From: the human T2T-CHM13v2.0 reference genome, Homo sapiens
Direction: 5' to 3' (one strand)
Assembly: GCF_009914755.1 (NCBI RefSeq)
Contig: NC_060947.1
DNA: 64,000 nt
Positions 1-15,651 of this stretch are shown piece after piece. The notes under the pieces are model-generated. The model saw nothing but the letters and a program-made list of their open reading frames with translations. It searched no databases and had not been told where the DNA came from. Position numbers and translations under genes: made by a program. The number at the start of each line of letters is the position of its first letter. Positions within the stretch are counted from its first letter, which is position 1.

Positions 1-574
1 TCAATAGCTGCAGAAAGGGCTTTTGATATAATTGAACACCACTTTGGTTTAAAAACTCTGAATAAACTAGGTATTGAAAAAACATATTTCAAAATGATAA
101 CAGCCATATATGACAAACCTAAAGCCAACATCATACTGAATTGGCAAAAGCTGAAAGCATTCTTTTTGAAATCTGGCACAAGAAAAGAATGCCCTCTCCC
201 ACCACTCCTACTTAACACAGTTTTGGACATTGTGTACAGAGCAATCAGGCAAGAGAAAAAAATAAATATAATGAGAGAAAGTTAAACTATCTCTATTTGC
301 AGAAAACATTATCCTATATCTAAAAACTCTATAGTCTCAGGCCAAAAGTTCCTTAAGCTGATAAACAAGTTCAGCTAAGTCTCAGGATAAAAAAATCAAT
401 GTACAGAAATTACTAGCATTCCTATAAACCAAACACAGATAATCCAGGAGCCAAAACAGGAATGCAATCTTATTCACAATTGTTACAATAAAATTTAAAA
501 ACCTAGTAATACAGTTAATCAGGGAGGGAAAGATCTCTACAAAGAAAACTACAAAACACTTCTCAAATAAATGA

Positions 575-977
<403 letters not shown>

Positions 978-1687
978 ACACAATTTATAGATTTAATGCT
1001 CTTCTTGTTACAATGTAATTGTAGCAATTACATTTTCACAGCACTATTAAAAAATTTAAAAATTCATATGGAAACAAAAAATGCCCAAATACCCAGGCAA
1101 TCCTAAGCAAACAGGTGAAATCTGGAGGCATCATTTTACCTGACATCAAACTATAATACAGAAGTACAGTAACTAAAACAGCACGGTACTGGTACAAAAA
1201 CAGACACATACACCAATGGAACACAATAAATATCTGAGAAACAAGGCTGCACACCTAAAATTATCTGATTTTTGTCCAAGCTGACACAAACGTCAATGGG
1301 GAAAGGACTCCCTATTCAATAAGTGATGCTGAGATAACTGGCTAGCCATATACAGAAGATTAAAACTAAACCCTTTCTTTATATCATATATGAAAATTAA
1401 CTCAAGATAGATTAAATACTTAAATATAAAACCCAAAACTATAAAAACCCTGGAGGAAAACCTAGGGAATATCATTCTGATCATAGAAACAAGAAAAAAA
1501 TTTCTTGACAAAGATGCAAAAAGCAATTAAAACGGAAGCAAAAATTGACAAATGGAATATAATTAAATTAAAGAGTGTCTGAAAAGCAAAAGAAACTATC
1601 AACAGAGTAAGCAGACAACCTATAAAATGGGAGAAATTTTTTTTGCAAGCTATCCACTGAAAAAGGTCTAATATCTAGCATCTATAA

Positions 1688-3459
<1,772 letters not shown>

Positions 3460-5397
3460 AACCAAAAAAATTTACAAGAAAAAAAACATTAAAAAGTGGG
3501 CAAAGAACATGAACAGGCATGCAGCCAGCAAACATGAAAAAAAGCTCAACATCACTGATCATTCGAGAAGTACAAATTAAAAACCACCAGATACCATCTC
3601 ACACTAGTCAGAATGGCTATTATTAAAATGATAAAAAACAACAGATGCTGGTGAGATTGTGGCAAAAAAAGAATGCTTATACACTGTTGTCAGGAGTGTA
3701 AATTAGTTTACCATTGTGGAAGACAGTGTGGCACTTTCTTAAAGACCTAAAAATAGAAATACCATTTGACCCAGTAATCTTACTATTGGGTACATACCCA
3801 AAGAAATATAAATCATTATATCATAAAGACACACGTACACTTATATTTATTGCAGCACAATTCACAACAGCCAAGACATAGAATCAACCTAAATACCCAT
3901 CAATGGTAGACTAAATAAAGAAAATTTCATGCATATACATCATGGAATACTATGCAGCCATAAAAAACAAGGTGATGTAATTTGCAGCACCAAGGATGGA
4001 GCTGGAGGCTATTATCCTTAGCAAATTAATGCAGGAGCAGAAAACCAAATACCACACTTTGTCACTTATAAGTGGGAGCTAAATGATAACACAAGGACAC
4101 AGAGAGGGGAACAAAACATACTGGGGCCTATCAAGGGTGGACGGTAGGAGGAGGGAGAGAATGTGGTAAAATAACTAATAGGTACTAAGCTTAATATCTG
4201 GGTGATGAAATCATATGTAGAACAAATTCCCATCAGTTTAACTATGTAGCAAACCTGCACATGTACTGCTGAACTTAAAAGTCAAAGTAAAAAAAAATTA
4301 TTAAGAATGTCAAAACTTTAATATGGTGGAGAAGCAGCTGTGTGGAGAACATTCTTCTAAAACACTGAATGGCAAATACAAAAGCCATGACACTTGTGGC
4401 CAAAATTAAAGACTGTGGCAAAAACACAAACAACAGCATGCTGATAGCCTGAGTAAAAAACTGGGGAGTAAAATACTTTATTGAATAAGAGCTTTTAAAA
4501 GCTCTCACAAATATCAGGGAATCTACCAAGTTACATACATGCCCACAGCAAAAAAACATGCTCAGAAAAGACCTGAAAAGACTATAAGCTTTAACATCTG
4601 GCTTATGTTTAGACTTGATAAGGAAAGTGAAGATTAAAGTAGAACTGTATATGGTCTCACTAAGCATCAAAGGATTGCCACAACACAAAGCCAATCTGCA
4701 AATGCCAGAAAAGTATGTGTTTTTATTTCCTCTTAATTTGGAATGCTCCATATGTTTAAGAAAATTCTTTTAATGACCAGCTGCTCACTAAACTGTAGCA
4801 GCACAGCTTTCAAAGATCATATGACAGAGAAATAGTCTTTACAAAATGTAGTTTAGAAAGTCACAAAACAAATGAACAACTACAATGCACAGCAAGTAAA
4901 AAAAATCCAGGGAAATATGGAGAAGAATATGATCTCTAGAGCAGCTAAATTATAATATTCAAAATAACTATTATTTAACAAAAGCTAACTAGACATGCAA
5001 AGAAACAAGAAAGTACGAGCTAGTTAAATAAAAAGAGAGAGAAAAAAGAAAAAAGGAAAATCACACACACGAAAAAGTAATATTTTTTTCTGACAAGTCA
5101 CAGTCATTAGACTTACTAGACAAATAACTTAAATGAACTCCCTTAAATATGCTCAATAAGCTCAAAAGAAAGCCCTAGGGGAAAAGAAATAATTATAATC
5201 CCCAAGGTAACCACTAAGAAAATAACTTAAAAATATACTAAAAGTGAAATAGGGAATCAAAAGGAATTACTCTGAATAATAAATTAAATGCAAAAAAGGC
5301 TGTAATGAAGGGATTATGGTAAAAAATAATACACAGCATATAGAAAGCAAATTTCAAAATGGCAGAAATAAATTATTACTTACCAGTCATCACTTTA

Positions 5398-5430
5398 TGC
5401 TTTATCTTAGCCGAAAGACCAAGAATCAAT
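5398..5430 (-). pseudogene. 3'-truncated U2 snRNA retrocopy (about nt 1-33)
   Basis: Reverse complement attgattcttggtctttcggctaagataaa matches the U2 5' end ATCGCTTCTCGGCCTTTTGGCTAAGATCAA at 24/30; 14-bp TSD cagt(c/a)atcacttta at 5384-5397 and 5431-5444. Confidence 0.85.
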
Positions 5431-8349
5431 CAGTAATCACTTTAATGTAAATGAATTAAACTCATCAATCAGATGGCAGAGATTGACAAAATGAAAACAA
5501 AAAAAAAACATGATCTACCTATATATTCTCTACTAGAGAATCATGATAGACATGAAGATAAAAATAGGGTGCAAGTAAGCATATGAAAATAGATATCCTA
5601 TGCATATTTATTAGCCAACAGAAACCCGGGGTAGCACTACCAATAACTGACAAAATAGATATTATGTGCAAAATTATGCTAAAAGTAAAAATAGGAGGTT
5701 ATATATTGATAAGAGCATCAATTCATTAAAAATAGATAACATTTATATACTCACCTAATTACAGAGCCCCAAAATATATAAAATAAACATTAAAAGAAAT
5801 GAAGTCATAGAAAGCTCTACAAAAATAGAGACTTTAATACTCCAATTAATAATGGGTAGAACTGGTGAGATCAATAAGAAAATAGAGGACTTGTACAACT
5901 CTATTAACCTATTAGACCCAATAGACACATACAGGACTCTTCCTCCAACAAAAGCAAAATACATATTCTTCTCAAGTACACATGCTACTTTCTCCAGAAT
6001 AAAGCATGTATTAGGCCAAAAAAAGAGTTTTAAGAAGTTCAAATGATTGAAATCTTACAAAGTATTTTCTCTAAACATAAGGGACTAAAACTAGAAATCA
6101 AGAAAAGAAGAAAAATTAACATGTGTGTAAATTAAACCACATACTTTTAAGCAATCAATGTTTCCATGAAAAAAATCACAAAGAAAATTGGAAAATACTT
6201 TGAGATGATTAAAAGTAAAGACAAAGCATAATACAACTAATAAGATGGCCAAAGCAGTGCTCAAAGAGAAAGTGATAGCTGTACATTCCTTCGGTGAAAA
6301 TAAAATCTTTAACTAATAACATAATTTACACCTCAAGAAACTAGAAAATGTAGAATAATCTAAACCCAAAGCATAAGAAAGAATGTAATAAATATTAGAA
6401 TAAAGATAAATGACATAGACAATAAGAACACATAAATCAATGAAACCAAATGTTTGTTTTTTGAAAAGAACAACAAAATTGCCAAACAGAGAAGACACAT
6501 ATTGCTAAAATCAAAACTGAAAATGAGGACTTTATTGTGGACACGATGGAAATTAAAGGTTTATAAAGGAATATTATGAACAATTGTATGGCAACAAATT
6601 AGACAACCTAGATGAGATAGGCTAATTTCTAGAAAGACACAAACTAAAGCAAATGGACTGAAAAATATAGAAAGTTTGTAGAAACCTATAGTAAATTAAG
6701 ATATTGAATAAGCAAAAAAAAAAAAAATTCACATACACACACACCCACACAGACACACCCCCCCCCCCAAACACACACACAGACAGGACCAGAAAGAATC
6801 AATGGTAATTTCTACCAAACATGTAAAGAATAATGAACATTTTTTCTTAAACTCTTCCAAAAATAAAAAAGGTGGGACTATTTTTGTACTAATTTTATGA
6901 GGCCAGGATTACCCCAATACCAAAGCCAGACAAAGACACTTAAGAAGGAAATTATAAGCCAATATCACTTATGACTATAAATTTTTAAATCCCCAATAAA
7001 TTACAATAAAACCTAAGTGATGTCAGCACAATGGTAAAATAAAAGCAATCTGGTTTTACCCTACCCCACAGAAAACCAGAAACAACTACCCAGTGTCAAG
7101 ATAAACACCAGGAATATCCCAGAACTATAAATACTGCCTAACCTAAACTAGGAGAGTATTAAAAGGACCATGCACTATGACCATGTAGGAATTCTCCTAG
7201 GATGCAAAAGTTTTCCAACATACAAAATCAATGACTGTAATATCCTACCTTAATGGAAAGAAGGAAAAACCCATATGATCATCTAAAAATTGATGCAATG
7301 AAGCACCTGAAAAAAATTAACACCTTTTATTATAAAAGTACTCACCATATTAGGAATGAAGAAAAAGATCCTCAAAGTGATATAAGGCATTTACATTAAA
7401 AAATAGCTAGCATAATAAACAGTTAAAGATTAAAAGCATTTTTCCTAATATTAAGAACAAGACAATATCGACTCTTACCACTTATATTTAAAATTGCACT
7501 GGAGGTTCTAGACAGGAAAATTGGGCAACAACTGAAAATAAAAATATCTAAATTAGAAAAAATTATAAGGTTATTTATATTTTAAGATAATATGATCTCT
7601 GATCTTCTATATAGAACATATCAATGGATCTAAGAAAAATGATGAGTCAAGAAAGTAATTCAGCAAAGTTGCAGGATACGAGATAAATACACAAAGATTA
7701 TTATATTTGTATAAACTAGCAATAAACCATATTAAAAAGCAATTAAGAAAACAGTTCCTCTTACAAAAACACAAAAAAGAGTATGCTTGCAAATAAATTT
7801 AAACAAGGGATTGCAAGAACTGTACATTGAGAACTGCAAAACACTGCTAAAAGAAATTAAAGATCTAAATAAACAGAAAAAGTTTTTATATTCATGGATT
7901 GAAAAACAATATTAAGATGGCAATAATACCCAATTAAATCTATAGATTCAATTCATTCTCTATCAAAATCCCAGTGGTAGTTTTATTTTACAGAAATAAA
8001 AACACTACTTCTAAAGTTAATATAAAATTGCAAGAGACTTCAAATAGCCAAAACAACTTTGAGAAATAAAACAAAGTTGAAGGACACCCTTCATGACTTC
8101 AAAACTTACTATAAAGCTACAATAATTTTTAAAAATGTGATGTTGGGAGAAGATAGAAATATAGATCACTGAAATAAAAGTTCTAAAATACATCCTTAAA
8201 TCTTTGGCCTACTGATTTTGACAAGGGTGCCAAGACATTCAATAATAAAAGGAAGTTCTCTTCTTTAAATGATACTAAGACAACTAGATAGCCACATGAA
8301 AAGAATAAAGTTAGGCCATTTCCTCACGCCACATAAAAAAATTATCTCA

Positions 8350-8655
<306 letters not shown>

Positions 8656-9119
8656 AATTTATCTCAAAATGGATCAAAGAGCTAAATAAAACATCTAAAA
8701 ATACAAAACTCTAAAAGAAAACTTGAGGGGAAAGCTTTATGACTTTGGATTTAGCAATGAATTCTCAGATACAAGAAAAAAGGAAAAACAACAACAAAAA
8801 ATAGAAAATTGGACATCATTAAAATTGATGTTTTGTGTGTATCAATAAATACTATAAAGAATGCCAAAAGAGAACACATAGAATGGGATAGATTGTTGGT
8901 AAAATCATATTTCTGGTTTGGGCCTAATATCCAGAAGATATAAAAACTCTTAAAACTCAATAAGAAAAATAGAGAAAACTCAATTTTTAAATGGATGAAT
9001 AAATGGATAGACTTTTCTCCAAGAAAACACACAAAAATGGCCACAAGGACATAAAAAGATGTTCAAAATTATTAGTCATTAAAAAGATGCAAATCAAAAC
9101 CACAATAGAGAAAGAAGAA

Positions 9120-10040
9120 CGAAGCATGTCTCCAATGTCCCAAGATTTCAGTGCACTGCCCAAATGGCTGGTTTCTGCATCATCTCACGTTGAGCACTGA
9201 CAGAAACAACAGAGTTCACATGCCTGGGAGTAAATAAGAACAAAGAAAAAGGGGTAGATGGCTTGCTGCAGTCTGCACAGCTCTTAAAGATTGGGAGAAG
9301 GCACAGAACTTGAGGTTTCTTCTCCAGGAGAAAAGGAGAGGAGTTAAGAGTCCTCCAACATACCAGTCTTTCATTATGCTGCCAGAGGGGGGTGGTTTCT
9401 GTCTTGCTTGACATAGAATGCTGACAGAACTGGCATAGTTCAATCACCTGGGACAGCTAGGAATGGAGAAAAATGGGTAGGCTACTTGTTGTAGCCCATA
9501 AGGCTAGGCAAGATTAAGATAAAGTGAAGAATCTGAGGCTTCTTCCCCAGGAAGAAGAAAGAGAAGTAGAGCATGCCTCCAATATTCTGGCCTGTCAATA
9601 TGCTGCCTGAGTGCCCAGTTTCCGACTTGCCTCACACGGAGTGCTGACAGAACAGATATAATTCAGATGCTTGGAGAGGACAATTAAGAACAAAAAAAGG
9701 GACAGGTGGCTTACTATGATAGGTACAGCTATGCTCTGTGAGATTGACAAAAGGCACAAAATCTGAGGTTTCTACCTCTGAAGGGAGGAAAAAAAAAAGT
9801 GGATCATGCTTCCAACAACCTGGCCTTTCATTGCACTGCCCAAGAGGACAGATTCAGTTGCATGATACCTTGAGTGCTTACAGAATTGGCACAGTTTGGT
9901 GGAACCAGATAAAAACACAGGAAAAAGGGAAGGCAGCATGCTGTGCCCACCATGTCTCTGCAAGATTGAGAGAAGGCACAGAAGCCAAGCCTTCTCCACA
10001 AATAATGTAGAAGAGTGATGCATGTCTTCAACATCTCAGC
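9120..10040 (+). repeat. About 4 diverged tandem copies of a ~224-bp unit
   Basis: Anchor 'agcatg(t/c)ctccaa' recurs near 9123, 9347, 9570, 9803 and 10019, with 'gctgacagaa' and 'tgaggtttct' at similar offsets. Confidence 0.85.
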
Positions 10041-10611
10041 CTGAAGCACAGCAGTCAGACACCATAGGAAGTAAAAGATTATTATAAGCTCTTAAAAGAA
10101 AAAGAATCAGTAAATCTTTCTAATTATTAACCTACACATACAAGTCCAGAGAAGACACATCAATTAAAAAGGCTTGAGAGGCTTACAGAATCTCTAGAGT
10201 GGATGATTGTTGAAGTACTTTGTCCATTGAAGCTATTCTGTAAAGACTAGAAAAGATGGCTGCTTCAAATTTATCATCAACACAACAAAGCTATAAGAAA
10301 CACAAAGAAGCAGGAAAACATAACATAATCAATGAAAGAAAATAAATTTAAAATAGGTGACCTTAAAGAAACAGAAATCTAAAATTTGCCAGATAAGGAA
10401 TTCAAAATAATTATCTTTAAAATTTTTACGGAGTTACAGATGAATATAAATAGACAATTCAGTAAATTCAGGAAAATAATACATAAAATAAGAATATCAA
10501 CAAAGATAGAAACTATTAAAAAAAAATTCTGCCACTGATGACTATAACTAAAATAAAAAAGTTCAGAGAGCTTTAACAGCAAACTTGATCTAGCAAAAGA
10601 AATAATCAGCA

Positions 10612-10957
<346 letters not shown>

Positions 10958-11028
10958 TTATTTGAAATGGTCTAGTCAGAGAATTTAAAAAATAGAATAA
11001 AAAGAGTGAAGAAAGACTAGGGGACTCA

Positions 11029-11870
<842 letters not shown>

Positions 11871-12039
11871 GGCAATCTCTCTCAAGGTATTATTTTCTAA
11901 CATTATTCTCAAAAAAAAAAACAAAAACAAAAAACAAAAAACCGAGGCTTCTAATAAAATGGAAATAATTTTATCTTCCAGCTTTTTGCATTCTAAGTGG
12001 TAGTGGTCTCCTTTCTTATTTCACTGTTATTCTTCTTAA

Positions 12040-14260
12040 AAGATGTTTATGCATTCTGGATACAAGTGCTTAAGAATATAGAAATATTGATATACAGATA
12101 CAGATCTATCTTTGACCTATCATCTACCTACCTATTCATCTAAATTTCTTTCATTCTGTCACTTGCCTCATCAATTCCATTTTTTAAAATTATTTAATTA
12201 TTTAATTTTTAATTTTTGTGGGTATATAGTAGATGTATATATTTATGAGGTACATGAGATATTTTGATATAGGCACGTGATATAAAATAAGCACACCATG
12301 GAGAATAGGGTATCCATCCCCTCAAGCATTTATCCTTTGAGTTACAAATAATTCAATTACTCTTTTCAAGATATTATAAATTTTACAAATAAGTTATTGA
12401 CTACAGTCACCCTACTGTGCTATAAAATAGTAGGTTTTATTCATTCTATTTTTTATATCTAGTAACCATCCCTACCTCCCTCACAACCCCAACAACCTTT
12501 CCCAGCCTCTGATAAACATCTTTCTACTCTCTATGTCCATGAGTTTGTTTTGATTTTTAAATCCCACAAGTAATTGAGAACATGTGATGTTTGTCTTTCT
12601 GTACCTGGTTATTTCACTTAACATAATGGTCTGCAGTTTCATTCATGTTGTTGCAAATAACTGGATCTAACTTTTTATGGCTAAATAGTGCTCCATTGTG
12701 TATATGTATCATATTTTCTTCATTCATCTGTTGATGGACACTTCAGTGGCTTTCAAATCTTAGTTATCGTAAACAGTGCTGCAACAAACAAGGCAATGCA
12801 GATATCTTTTCGATTTACCGATCATTTTTTCCTTTGGGTATATACCAGCAGTAGGATTGGTAAATTATATGATATTGCATTTTTTAGTTTTTCAAAAAAC
12901 CTCCAAACTGTTCTCCATAATGATTGTACTAATTTGCATTATCACCAACAGTATACTGGTGTTCCCTTTTCTCCACATTCTCACCAGCATTTGTTATTGC
13001 CTGTCTTTTGGATATAAGCCGTGTTAACTCGGGTGAGATGATATCTCATTGTAGTTTTGATTTGTATTTCTTGGATGATCAGTGATGTAGATCACCTTTT
13101 CATATGCCTCTTTGCCTTTTGTATGTGTTCTTTTGAAAAATGTCTATTCAAATTTTTGATTATTTTTAATTTGATTATTAGATTATTAATTAGCCGGTGA
13201 TAAAGGCTTCCAGAACGTTTTTTTTTTTCCTTCAAGAAAACAGGTTTCCTACTGGCCCAAGGTGAGTGTAAAAATATCTGGCATCTAAAGCCTGGAACAG
13301 GGGTCTCATGACTCTGACCAGTGCCCTATCCTATTGTGGCTGAGCTAGTATCTAAGAGGCAAGACAAAGTCCTCCCCACTCTTTTCTTTTCTTTCCTCAA
13401 GTAGGAAGATGGGATCTCTTTTGGAACTGTGAGCTTGCAGCCTGGGGTTAGGGGAGGGTGTTGTCAGCACTCTTGGCTGCCCCAGGTGTTTTCTTAGTAT
13501 GTAAAATCCCTCCCTCCCCAGTTTACTGTCTCTGGGCCGAGTTCAGCACTAGGATGCACCCAAGAGTTGTAGTCCTTATGGCACAGTTTGCCTTTCAAGT
13601 TTGTTTGGAGACACAGGGAACTGTAGCCCTCGGTGGCGAGATTTGTGGGAACTCAAGCTTGGACCACTATGATGGGAGATTCCCCTCTGGCTAGGGCTGG
13701 TTTAAATGGTTTATCTCTGTGTGGGCATCCTCTGAGTTTGGTTCAGTTTTCTTTTCTGCTCTAACAGGACAGCACTGAGTTTAATGCCTTACAGTTGCTT
13801 TGTTGCCTCTCCCCCAGTGCCCAGACATGCTCTCCACACAATGCTGCTGCTGCCAGGGGGTGATCTCAGGGATTACGGACTGTTTTTTCTATCTCTTCAG
13901 TGCCTGTTTCAGTGATATGTAGTTTAAACCAGGTACTATGCATGCTCACCTGATGTTTGTTTCTTATGAAGGCAATTTTTCTATGTAGATAGTTGTTGAA
14001 TTGGTTGCATGCTTGTGGGGGAGACAATCAGTGGAGCCTTCTATTCCACCATCTTGCTCCACCTCCAAATCTCTTCTTCATTTTTTTAATGGTTTCTTCC
14101 AAAGAGCAAACATTTGTAATATTTATGAAGTCCAGTTTATCAATTATTTTCTTTTGTTTGCTCTATGACATACTTGCCTACTCAAAAGTTGTAAACCTTT
14201 TAACCTATATTTTCTTATAAAATTGTTATTGTTGTAACATTCACATAGAAGCCTAAGGTC
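12040..14260 (-). mobile_element. Old L1M ORF2 fragment (host), split by the 12185-14066 insertion
   Basis: 'attctggatacaagt...ttctgtcacttgcct' continues as 'ttcatttttttaatggtttcttccaaagagcaaacatttgtaatatttatgaagtccagtttatcaatt'. Confidence 0.6.
12185..14066 (-). mobile_element. Internally deleted L1MA-type element (5' UTR fused to 3' end)
   Basis: L1MA1-3-type 3' end 'aatttttgtgggtatatagtagatgtatatatttatg' (12185-13190) joined directly to a 5' UTR (13190-14066) ending 'tattccaccatcttgctccacctcc'. Confidence 0.8.
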
Positions 14261-14399
14261 CATTTTTTTAGAAAAACTGGATAATCTTTAAATATTATAA
14301 ATGTTAAACCCTTCAGATTCCTGAGATTGAAAGACAAACAAGTGAAATGAATTAACAAAATTGAAAAGTGTCTCTGAGGAGAGATGGGACATATGAACA

Positions 14400-14948
14400 C
14401 TTTAAACTAATAGGCAAAGAAAAAGAATTTCCATCTTCAGGAGTGAATATTATTTGCCTCAGTTTATATTTTCTACACACAACATTCCCTGTTTCATAAA
14501 AAAATGAGCCATACAAAAAGCAAGAAAAGTTAAAATCATTGTCAAGAGACAAAGTAATCAATAGAATCAGACACCAAAATAATTTCTTAACAGAATAATA
14601 AATGAATTTAGAAGCATCATAGAATAAGATGTCAACATATAAGAAAACTGCATTTCTATGTATTAGCAATAAACAATTGGAAATGAAAATAATATTTATA
14701 ATAACATTAAGAGTCATAAAATTTTAAGGGGTAACTTTGATAAATATATATGATATTTGTATGATAACATCTATAAAATATTAATGAAATTAAGGAGGAC
14801 TTAAATAAATAGAGAGACATACTGCATGAAGAGATTCAAACTTTTAACATTGTTAATTTTTTCTCAAATTGATCTGTTACCTGTGATAAGAAATAAGGTC
14901 TTTTTTAATTATAAAGGAATCAATTCACCATGAGGACACAACATTTCT
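14400..14948 (+). mobile_element. Ancient L1M fragments; 14880-14948 is host ORF2 piece 1
   Basis: 'ataaaggaatcaattcaccatgaggacacaaca' (ORF2 endonuclease region); other ORF2-like text at 14600-14870. Confidence 0.6.
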
Positions 14949-15353
14949 TTATTATTATTATTATTATTATACTTTAAGTTTTAGGGTACATGTGCACAAT
15001 GTGCAGGTTAGTTACATATGTATACATGTGCCATGTTGGTGTGCTGCACCCATTAACTCGTCATTTAGCATTAGGTATATCTCTTAATGCTATCCCTCCC
15101 CCCTCCCCCCACCCCACAACAGTCCCCAGTGTGTGATGTTCCCCTTCCTGTGTCCATGTGTTCTCATTGTTCAGTTCCCACCTATGAGTAAGAACATGCG
15201 GTGTTTGGTTTTTTGTCCTTGCCATAGTTTGCTGAGAATGATGGTTTCCAGCTTCATCCATGTCCCTACAAAGGACGTGAACTCATCAATTTTTATGGCT
15301 GCATAGTATTCCATGGTGTATATGTGCCACATTTTCTTAATCCAGTCTATCAT
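14949..15353 (-). mobile_element. 5'-truncated L1PA3/PA4-like 3' end (405 bp)
   Basis: Canonical L1PA 3' UTR; perfect 18-bp TSD tgaggacacaacatttct at 14931-14948 and 15354-15371. Confidence 0.95.
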
Positions 15354-15651
15354 TGAGGACACAACATTTCTAATGTCTGTGTACTCAGTAACATTATAGA
15401 CCTTCCAAATACAAAAGCTAAAACTGATAAAACTGTAAGAGATAGAAATACATGAGAGACAGAATTACAATATTTAATATGCATGTTAAGTAAATATTCT
15501 AATTGGATATTTCAATATCTCCCTCAATATGTTTAATAAAATACATAGTTATAAAATCAGAAAGAATATAGAAATCTTGAATAACACCATAAATCAACTT
15601 AATAAACAATTATAGAACACCACTCAGCAACAGCAGAATACATTGTTCTGC
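15354..15651 (+). mobile_element. Ancient L1M host ORF2 piece 2
   Basis: 'tcttgaataacaccataaatcaact...cagcaacagcagaataca'. Confidence 0.75.

Noticed and set aside
4275-4751. 158-aa minus-strand ORF
   Set aside because: Antisense to A-rich L1-derived DNA; hydrophobic composition typical of chance frames
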